A stretch of 64,000 nt of DNA from Escherichia phage LF82-41: sequence record PV660463; one strand, 5' to 3'. Shown here in pieces: positions 57,187-64,000 of this stretch; the stretch's first letter is position 1, and the number at the start of each line of letters is the position of its first letter. Below the pieces are notes generated by a model. The model worked only from the letters and a program-made list of their open reading frames with translations, did not search any database and had not been told where the DNA came from. A program made the translations under genes and the position numbers.

Positions 57187-58136
57187 TATAAAACCTCAAT
57201 GGCATTTCGTAAACCGTCCGCTTTCGCATTCAGAGCTTTTAACGATTTAGTTTGTTCTGCAATCTGGGCTTCGACTTCTTTCAGACGAGATTTGAGGTAC
57301 TCGCGTTCTTCAGCCATGATATCAACCTTTTCTGCTTTAGGTTCTTTAATAGTCTTAAGTTTATACTCGTTAGGGTTCTTCAGCTTAATTCGGGTGCGAG
57401 AACTGTATAACATTGAACCGTTATCTTCGGATTCGTCGAACGTTTCAACAACATCCATAGTCTCTAACAATGTAATAAGTTTATAAGACAATGAACGAAC
57501 GGTTTTGTTATGCTTATTAATTTCTTCAGCTTTCATGGTACCGAGATTACGTGAGTAGTAATAAGGAACCTGGATATCAATTGATAATGATGCGTTACCA
57601 TTACCAGTCGGTTTGAATACTGCAGTAACCCAATCTTTAACATGAACTTTATTTGTACGACCATCACCGCCCGTGAATAATTTACGAGAATGTTTAAAAA
57701 GCATATTCACTTGGTTATTGAATTCACAAGCAAATTTATCAGCAAATTTAGTTTCAGGAATGGTAGATAACCAATCAGCCAAATGAGTCTTTTTAACATC
57801 ATTAACAATAGTGAATTCAACCAAATCAGTTTTAGATGTCACAGATTTAATAAAGCTAGGCTTCATAAAGTTTTTAATGTTATCGCGAGCTACAGTAGAA
57901 GATAATAAACGAGAACGTTTGAACCATTGAAGCAGTGTCCCTAATGAATGAGAATACGCATTCTGAGTATCTTTACAAATATGATTTTCTTGGCCTGTGT
58001 ATGTACCAAAATCGCGAAGAATACCACTTACTACATCTCGGTGTGGAACATCAAATCCTAGTGCACCAACAGCGCGCTGGGCATGAACGTTAGCGATAAG
58101 ACCGGCAAAGTATTCAATGTAATGTGAACGTGTCAT
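57186..58136 (-). CDS. hypothetical protein with C-terminal coiled coil (316 aa)
   Basis: ORF track; own family-2 promoter; heptad-like C-terminus. Confidence 0.55.
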   Translation of the reverse strand: MTRSHYIEYFAGLIANVHAQRAVGALGFDVPHRDVVSGILRDFGTYTGQENHICKDTQNAYSHSLGTLLQWFKRSRLLSSTVARDNIKNFMKPSFIKSVTSKTDLVEFTIVNDVKKTHLADWLSTIPETKFADKFACEFNNQVNMLFKHSRKLFTGGDGRTNKVHVKDWVTAVFKPTGNGNASLSIDIQVPYYYSRNLGTMKAEEINKHNKTVRSLSYKLITLLETMDVVETFDESEDNGSMLYSSRTRIKLKNPNEYKLKTIKEPKAEKVDIMAEEREYLKSRLKEVEAQIAEQTKSLKALNAKADGLRNAIEVL

Positions 58137-58162
58137 AATATTTTCCTCTCGTTAAGATAGAT

Positions 58163-58194
58163 TCATTATACTCCAACCATCCTTGGTTGTAAAC
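58163..58194 (-). promoter_or_regulatory. early-type promoter, family 2
   Basis: GTTTAC (58189-58194) - N18 - TATAAT (58165-58170). Confidence 0.5.
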
Positions 58195-58198
58195 TGAT

Positions 58199-59158
58199 TT
58201 ATGATTTTAATGCATTCATTGCGTTAAAAAGTTTAGAGTACTGCAACTGGAGATTCGTTACAACACTTTGAGCATCACGAAGCTTAGCTTGTGCTTTGTC
58301 AAGTTCAACGGACAGTTGGTCTACAGTAGCCTTGATTTGATTGTAATGGTAATCTTCGACCGGAAGAAGGTCATTAGAAACATTTAGTTTTACTGCAGAC
58401 AGTTTGCACACATTTGGCAAACCTTTAAACATTGATTTTCCCGAAGTAGAATATGAACCTAGAACTTCAGCATTACCAATCGGGGTTGCAGTAATTGACG
58501 CTTCAAATGTTGCATTTTCCTTTTTAAGATTTTGATAGTATTCAGAGTCTTTGTGCCACCACGGCGCAGGAACCTTTTTACCAATAGATACACGAGCCTG
58601 GATAGCGATATGGCCCTTATTCTTGATAGGGTAGATAATATTAAGCTCACGAGAATAAATTGCTTTAATCTGGTGGATATTATCACCTAAAACTTCCAAC
58701 GCTTGGTGGAATACACGAGCAACGTTATCATTCTTAGGTTTATACGTAAGAGTGAACTCGTTCTCACTGATAACCATGATTTCTAACTTATCGTAAGTAT
58801 ATTTCAAATGTTTCATGTTAATTGCTTGAGGACGAATACGAGAAGCAATGGCCATCAGATTGTTAAGGTTATTCCGGAACTGCTTAGCGAAATATTGACC
58901 TTCACCGCCAATACAAAAATTACGAAGTTTCTGTTTGGCCAATAAACGGCTGAACTCACCATTTTTAATGAACTCTTTAACGGGTGTGTTAGTAACGCAT
59001 TCAAATTGGGTAAACATACGAGAAGTAATCCCATAATATGAACAGATTTCCTCAATCTCTTCAGGAGTCTTTACAGGCATACGGATAGGATTAGGTCCTG
59101 GAGTGTATGCGTTCGAGGTAAATTCTTTGATAAGTTCTCTACGTGTAATAAAAGCCAT
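58199..59158 (-). CDS. hypothetical protein with C-terminal coiled coil (319 aa)
   Basis: ORF track; own family-2 promoter. Confidence 0.55.
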   Translation of the reverse strand: MAFITRRELIKEFTSNAYTPGPNPIRMPVKTPEEIEEICSYYGITSRMFTQFECVTNTPVKEFIKNGEFSRLLAKQKLRNFCIGGEGQYFAKQFRNNLNNLMAIASRIRPQAINMKHLKYTYDKLEIMVISENEFTLTYKPKNDNVARVFHQALEVLGDNIHQIKAIYSRELNIIYPIKNKGHIAIQARVSIGKKVPAPWWHKDSEYYQNLKKENATFEASITATPIGNAEVLGSYSTSGKSMFKGLPNVCKLSAVKLNVSNDLLPVEDYHYNQIKATVDQLSVELDKAQAKLRDAQSVVTNLQLQYSKLFNAMNALKS

Positions 59159-59182
59159 TTTATATTCCTCATGTTGAAAAAT

Positions 59183-59215
59183 TTATTATACTCCAACCAT
59201 CCTTGGTTGTACATC
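59183..59215 (-). promoter_or_regulatory. early-type promoter, family 2
   Basis: TTGTACA...GGAGTATAAT on minus strand. Confidence 0.5.
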
Positions 59216-60209
59216 ATTCCTTAAGAAGTTTTACTACTTGAATAAGATTAGCTCGTTCTGTTTTATTTTTACCGTTTAAGCCTGCTAATCGTGAGATTTC
59301 ATCGTCAGTCTGTTGAATAGTTACATTAAGTTCGTTAATCAAAGCTTCAAAGTATTTGATTTGCTCAGCATGTTTTGATTCAAATTTCTGAACAGGAATA
59401 ACATCTTGGTTCAGTTCATCAATAAGGTCTTTAAGAGCATCTTCTTGGTTGATATCATATTCAACTTCTTTTATTTCTTCAAAGAGCTCGTCTTTATATC
59501 TAACGTCTTTTAGTCCTGGAGCTGGTCCTGAAATCTCTTCTTTAAGAGTACAAACATACCCAATACGGTATCCAATGCAGTCTCGCTTGATATCAACTTC
59601 GTCGATAAATCCACAATGTTTAAGACCAGAGCCGATTATGTCAAAATATCCTTGACGTCGTCCTTCAAACGTTACACGAACTACTAAGACAGTTTTACCA
59701 CCAACCTTTTGAAGCTCACATTTATAAAAGTCTGTTGAACCTGAATAACGTGGATGAGTTTTAAAGTTCATCTGACGATCTAGGCCCATTTGTAAACGTG
59801 CTGTTACGGCCATAAAACGTGTTTGGTTCTCGTTAAGATGAGCAACAATCCATTTCAAAGGCATTTTACACTGTTCACGACCGAACAAATCAGTACGTCC
59901 TAGATTACGCAGGATGTTGTTAGAGTTAATCATCGACAGAACGTTAAGTTTATTCAGCGCGCTGAAGATTCCGTCAGCCATTGATTTCCCATAACCTTTA
60001 CACGCTTTAATAAGTGCTCGCGGCAGATTAGTATAGATTTCAGACGGCATATGAAAATCAAATTTACTAGTCAGTAATTGATGAACTTGGATAGCAATTT
60101 GCTCATAATTAAGTGCTCTGCGATCGTTATGGTCTTTAAACCACACTTTAATCTGTGAAGCACATAAACCGTTAATTTCATGTTTTACCGCATCAGATGT
60201 AATGCTCAT
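59214..60209 (-). CDS. hypothetical protein with C-terminal coiled coil (331 aa)
   Basis: ORF track. Confidence 0.55.
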   Translation of the reverse strand: MSITSDAVKHEINGLCASQIKVWFKDHNDRRALNYEQIAIQVHQLLTSKFDFHMPSEIYTNLPRALIKACKGYGKSMADGIFSALNKLNVLSMINSNNILRNLGRTDLFGREQCKMPLKWIVAHLNENQTRFMAVTARLQMGLDRQMNFKTHPRYSGSTDFYKCELQKVGGKTVLVVRVTFEGRRQGYFDIIGSGLKHCGFIDEVDIKRDCIGYRIGYVCTLKEEISGPAPGLKDVRYKDELFEEIKEVEYDINQEDALKDLIDELNQDVIPVQKFESKHAEQIKYFEALINELNVTIQQTDDEISRLAGLNGKNKTERANLIQVVKLLKE

Positions 60210-60271
60210 AACTATTTCCTCAGATTGAATTGGAACTCAAAACCATTATAACCCGTCCTTGGGTAAAGCGT

Positions 60272-60799
60272 TTATGCGTGAACCGTCTTTAAACGTTCTT
60301 CAAATTTCCGAAGAGTACTAATACGTTCTGCTTTCTGTTTTGTATAGTTTGCAATACGTTCTGAAGTGAGAGCGTATCGTTCGTTTACTGTTTCTTTCAT
60401 GAAGTCAGGGATTTCACGAGAAGCTTTAATTTCATCAAACTTATCGAGTACTGCCTGGTCTTCAGCGATTAAATTTTCATACATCTCGATATCTTTCTTG
60501 ATAAACTCGATATCTTCCTGAGTTACTTTGGATAAACGAGATGCTTTATCCTTTTTGTACTGCTCGTTAGTTTCACGAGACCAGAATAATGTACGTTTTT
60601 TGTTAGTGTTTTTGTAGACTTCCACAATTCCAACTGAATCGATGATAACAATCCAATTCCAGCGAGATTTGAAAATCTGACCTCCATCCACAGTAATCTC
60701 GTTACCATAAGCAACGTCATTAAAGAACTTGCTCTGTGCTTCAGATTTAAATTTACCGTCGTTATAATTTACCAGGTTGAAAATATCTTTAGCGTTCAT
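60272..60799 (-). CDS. hypothetical protein with C-terminal coiled coil (175 aa)
   Basis: ORF track; family-1 promoter upstream. Confidence 0.5.
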   Translation of the reverse strand: MNAKDIFNLVNYNDGKFKSEAQSKFFNDVAYGNEITVDGGQIFKSRWNWIVIIDSVGIVEVYKNTNKKRTLFWSRETNEQYKKDKASRLSKVTQEDIEFIKKDIEMYENLIAEDQAVLDKFDEIKASREIPDFMKETVNERYALTSERIANYTKQKAERISTLRKFEERLKTVHA

Positions 60800-60824
60800 G
60801 TTTTACCTCCAGTAGTTGATAGGT

Positions 60825-60855
60825 CTATAATAACATAACCATAGACCTTGTAAAC
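60825..60855 (-). promoter_or_regulatory. early-type promoter, family 1
   Basis: GTTTAC (60850-60855) - N17 - TATTAT (60827-60832) + AGACCTATC. Confidence 0.45.
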
Positions 60856-60857
60856 AA

Positions 60858-61145
60858 CTAAAAGAAACTTTTTTCGGTATTTTTTCCACTGAACCAAACA
60901 GACTTCGGGATTTTTTGTAATTTTTCAGATTTAAGTTTCTCTTCATGTTCTTTCTTATATACACTCTTGTCGTACTGGAGCATCTCTATGGCATTCTTTT
61001 GCAAATGATCTAAGGTAATTAAGGCTTTAGTTTTTCCTTTCAAGGAAGAGTCCTGGCGAACCTCCTCGCTATATTGCATTGTAGAACTAACCATACGATG
61101 TGCATAGAGTTCGACTGCGGCTTTAATTTTTTGCATAAAATCCAT
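60858..61145 (-). CDS. hypothetical protein (95 aa)
   Basis: ORF track. Confidence 0.4.
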   Translation of the reverse strand: MDFMQKIKAAVELYAHRMVSSTMQYSEEVRQDSSLKGKTKALITLDHLQKNAIEMLQYDKSVYKKEHEEKLKSEKLQKIPKSVWFSGKNTEKSFF

Positions 61146-61283
61146 AACATATCCTCTTTGATTTGTACATCATTATTTTTAAATATTTCTATGCCCTCAG
61201 TAGGTTCCTGGTGTCCTTCTTTGAGGTAAGCCATATGATTATTCATCTTTATGGCTTTTGTTACCTCAGAACTTCCTATAAGC

Positions 61284-62285
61284 TTATTTCAGTAAAGTAA
61301 CTTCCGAGATTTCTTCCCAACCATCTTTATCAGTTGAAATAAAATCTGCTACATAAAGAGCCGTACGTAATGATACATTGCGAAGACGAGATACGTTAGC
61401 CTTCATCCAGGACAATGCTTTGTACGTTTCAGCATCAGTCAAGCCACGTTTCTGCATCATGTCAGTAGATAATATTACATCTTCAACTCGAACCATAATC
61501 TCTTCATTAGAGTGTACTCCAAGGTCGAGATACACTGAACGAGATACTAAAGCTTGAAGGTGCGGAGCAAGTTTCGAACCGCGTTCTAACTCTTTATCAA
61601 TATCAACGTTTGTAATGAAAACGATAGTACCTTCAAACTCAAATTCTTTATCGATACCCTTATCATCAAGATAAGATGACGCAGTGCTCCAACAAACTTT
61701 GCGTTTATCGCCGGTATCTAATGCGGCTTTAAGAAGGTTCAGGATGTCCATATCTGAGAATACGTCAACGTCATCGATTAAGAGAACGCTGTCTGCATCA
61801 CGGTTGAGCCAAAGTTGTTCGTAAAGGCCAATACCAGAGATTTTACCATTAATGCTTTTGTATTTGATGAAACCATTATCATTAGCATTACTAAGTGCTT
61901 TATCCAGAGAATACGTCTTACCAATACCAGCTGCACCTGAAATAATGAGTGAACGAATTTTGCCATCGATAATGCCATTCGTCATCATGTTCATTACTTT
62001 AAAGCGTTTGTTGATACGAGTTTTCATATCTTCAGTGCTTTCAACAACTGCAACTGGTGATGTCTCAACTCCTTCCATTACGATGTCTGATTTGAAGACC
62101 CATACTCCACGTTCAGAACCATCAATCATAACGAAAATTTTACCGTCACCTAAGTGGGAACATTCAGGATTAAGCTTTGCCGGGAACCATGTCTTTGTGG
62201 CAACATAAGAACCAGAGATTTCGTTATTACGATAAATACCTTTTTTGATTTGAACGTTGAACATTTTATTCTCCAATTTACTCAT
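61284..62285 (-). CDS. P-loop ATPase (333 aa)
   Basis: Walker A ISGAAGIGKTYS and Walker B-like VLLIDDVDV. Confidence 0.55.
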   Translation of the reverse strand: MSKLENKMFNVQIKKGIYRNNEISGSYVATKTWFPAKLNPECSHLGDGKIFVMIDGSERGVWVFKSDIVMEGVETSPVAVVESTEDMKTRINKRFKVMNMMTNGIIDGKIRSLIISGAAGIGKTYSLDKALSNANDNGFIKYKSINGKISGIGLYEQLWLNRDADSVLLIDDVDVFSDMDILNLLKAALDTGDKRKVCWSTASSYLDDKGIDKEFEFEGTIVFITNVDIDKELERGSKLAPHLQALVSRSVYLDLGVHSNEEIMVRVEDVILSTDMMQKRGLTDAETYKALSWMKANVSRLRNVSLRTALYVADFISTDKDGWEEISEVTLLK

Positions 62286-62300
62286 TTCGTTTCGATAGGT

Positions 62301-62330
62301 CTATAGTATCATATCCTAAAAGCATGTACA
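62301..62330 (-). promoter_or_regulatory. early-type promoter, family 1
   Basis: TGTACA - N16 - TACTAT + AGACCTATC. Confidence 0.4.
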
Positions 62331-62340
62331 CTACTTTTTA

Positions 62341-62377
62341 AAAATATTTTAACCCCCTAAAGGGACCCGAAGGTCCC
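62341..62377 (-). terminator. rho-independent terminator
   Basis: GGGACC-cgaa-GGTCCC hairpin then T-rich tract on minus strand. Confidence 0.5.
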
Positions 62378-62382
62378 CACAT

Positions 62383-62649
62383 TTACTTATCGCACTTAGC
62401 AACATAATTAGGCATATCACAGAATACGGAGCGTGTAACTACTCGACCCTTTGACCATGCTTCAGTTGCTTGTCCTGCCGTGCTATTAATATAGCTTGAT
62501 TTAATGTTCTCAATACCCTGAGAATGTGATGCATTTACCGAACCATTTGAAGGCCCGGAAGACTGGCTACCACCAGCTCCTGCACCCGTGGTAGCACCAA
62601 CAGAGAACGCCATCATTACTGCGAATAAACCAATTACTAATTTTTTCAT
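62383..62649 (-). CDS. small secreted protein with signal peptide (88 aa)
   Basis: MKKLVIGLFAVMMAFSVGA signal peptide; Gly/Ser-rich linker; two Cys. Confidence 0.5.
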   Translation of the reverse strand: MKKLVIGLFAVMMAFSVGATTGAGAGGSQSSGPSNGSVNASHSQGIENIKSSYINSTAGQATEAWSKGRVVTRSVFCDMPNYVAKCDK

Positions 62650-62680
62650 ATTTACCTCAAGTGAATGGTTATTTATCTAT

Positions 62681-63670
62681 TTATTTATAGTAAGAATTAT
62701 GATTTTCGAGATAGACTTGCTCAAGGAAATCATCCCAGAAACTCATATCTACTTTTTGTTGCATACCGTTCTTAGCGGCTTGTTCTGATGCTTGTTCAAC
62801 TTGGTCAACGATATCTTCTAGGAATTCTTGTACAGTTTTAAATGTATGTTTACCAAGCTTGACATCGAGAATAAATGGAGCATCCTGAAGCGGGTAAACC
62901 AGGTCGCCAGTTTTGTAAATTTCCAATAATTGAAGTCCACCACGACATGCATGACTCAATGCTTTCCAGTCAATACCTTCGTTAGCTTCTGCCTTACGAG
63001 CACGTTCACCATAGTTCTCTTCCAGTTTAACCAGGATGGCATTGAACTCTTTATTGGTTAACGTATCTTGGAATTTACGGTCCAACAGATTATAGAATGT
63101 TTGCTTACCTGTTTTCTCGTTTTCGGTTTCAACCCATGAAGCAAATTCACCTACAGGCAGAACATTCTTCATATGTGATAAACGAATTACTGCACCATTA
63201 TCAAAGTATTGTCCCCATTCATTAGAACGTTTAAGGGCTTGACGAAGAACAGCCAGTCGAGAACCCTTGACACCGTATTTAGAAGCTTGCTTACGGACAT
63301 ACCCTAAATAAGATTTCATGTTAGTGGTATAGAAACGAGACCTATTATCTTGAATATATTTCCATACATCAGGCAAATCAGATTTAACTACTAGACTTTG
63401 TGGAGTGTGAAGCATATCTAATGCGACGGTTTCACCATCCGCAGCTAGTTTAAAGAAATATTTGAGACTATACAACTCATGGTCTACGTCGTCTTTTGTG
63501 TTCTTAGAAGATGTGTTATTCGTGTTCTTGCTCATGTGTTCTTTAACGTTACCGGTCAAGATATCACGAGCATGAGGGACATAAATTTCTTTAAAATCGA
63601 CGTCAGATTCAGGAGTAGACGTTCCATAAAGGTGGCTACCAAAGTAGCTTTTCATAATTGTTTTCATCAT
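62681..63670 (-). CDS. Pol-beta-type nucleotidyltransferase-like protein (329 aa)
   Basis: N-terminal GSHLYGTSTPESDVDF fits the GS...DxD minimal NTase motif. Confidence 0.5.
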   Translation of the reverse strand: MMKTIMKSYFGSHLYGTSTPESDVDFKEIYVPHARDILTGNVKEHMSKNTNNTSSKNTKDDVDHELYSLKYFFKLAADGETVALDMLHTPQSLVVKSDLPDVWKYIQDNRSRFYTTNMKSYLGYVRKQASKYGVKGSRLAVLRQALKRSNEWGQYFDNGAVIRLSHMKNVLPVGEFASWVETENEKTGKQTFYNLLDRKFQDTLTNKEFNAILVKLEENYGERARKAEANEGIDWKALSHACRGGLQLLEIYKTGDLVYPLQDAPFILDVKLGKHTFKTVQEFLEDIVDQVEQASEQAAKNGMQQKVDMSFWDDFLEQVYLENHNSYYK

Positions 63671-64000
63671 TTAGCCTTATATTCAAGAGTAGGACAGACT
63701 TTTTCTTTACGAGCTTTAAGGTATTCACCTATTAATGATTTCTTACGTTCAATAGGCTCAAGTCCATTTTTAATTCGTTCTTGGTTTTGCGCAATGAGCT
63801 CAATTTCTTTATAATATTTTCTGTCGTTATATTTGTCTAACAACCAAGACGGACCAATTACCAACCCGGTAGCAATAAAAGCCATGACTGCTACAATTAA
63901 AATGCCTACACCAATTGAGGCTGGAACTAATGTCCATAGACTGCTAAAAACAAAGAATTTAGTTAAAATTTCGTGGCCAAAGATTGTGACTGCTGCTAAA
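63667..64000 (-). CDS. membrane protein, partial (N-terminus beyond window end)
   Basis: Frame stays open from 63885 to window end; hydrophobic N-terminal region. Confidence 0.4.
   Translation of the reverse strand, partial: LAAVTIFGHEILTKFFVFSSLWTLVPASIGVGILIVAVMAFIATGLVIGPSWLLDKYNDRKYYKEIELIAQNQERIKNGLEPIERKKSLIGEYLKARKEKVCPTLEYKAK

Noticed and set aside
1561-62335. Dispersed GATAGGTCTATAATATCA repeats as a possible CRISPR array or mobile element
   Set aside because: Copies are kilobases apart, each upstream of a gene start with matching -35/-10 spacing; interpreted as promoters, not an array or transposon ends
1-64000. tRNA genes, rRNA, integrase or attachment sites
   Set aside because: No cloverleaf-like structured region, integrase-like ORF or long direct repeats noticed; gene order is that of a lytic T4-like genome

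Overview
This window reads as a contiguous stretch of a T4-like (Tevenvirinae-type) myovirus early/replication region. Nearly all genes are on the minus strand and tightly packed, often with ATGA/TAATG start-stop overlaps. Recognisable T4 synteny runs motA, 52, ac-like, ndd, denB-like, rIIB, rIIA, 39 (contiguous, 605 aa), dexA, dda, srd-like, modA/modB, soc, 56, 61, sp, dmd, 41, 40, uvsX, 42-like, 43, regA, 62, 44, 45, 46, 47, 55, nrdH-like, nrdG, nrdD, 49, nrdC. Gene names are assigned from remembered T4 protein sequences and gene order, not from any search. The main finding is that the slots where T4 carries beta-gt, imm and alpha-gt hold different genes: a SIS sugar-phosphate isomerase, a HAD-like phosphatase, a nucleotidyltransferase-kinase fusion, a Cys-rich 386-aa protein, a P-loop kinase-like protein and a 299-aa unknown, plus a GT-B glycosyltransferase between rIIA.1 and 39. 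With dCTPase (56) and a divergent thymidylate-synthase-family enzyme present, I infer a non-glucose sugar hypermodification of hydroxymethyl-pyrimidine DNA, possibly arabinosyl-hmC as I recall being reported for phage RB69. Other points: two families of conserved early-promoter elements, rho-independent terminators with CGAA/UUCG loops, tandem paralog families, and several unassigned larger ORFs near the 3' end (Pol-beta-type NTase-like, P-loop ATPase, three coiled-coil proteins). No tRNA, rRNA, CRISPR array or integrase was recognised.
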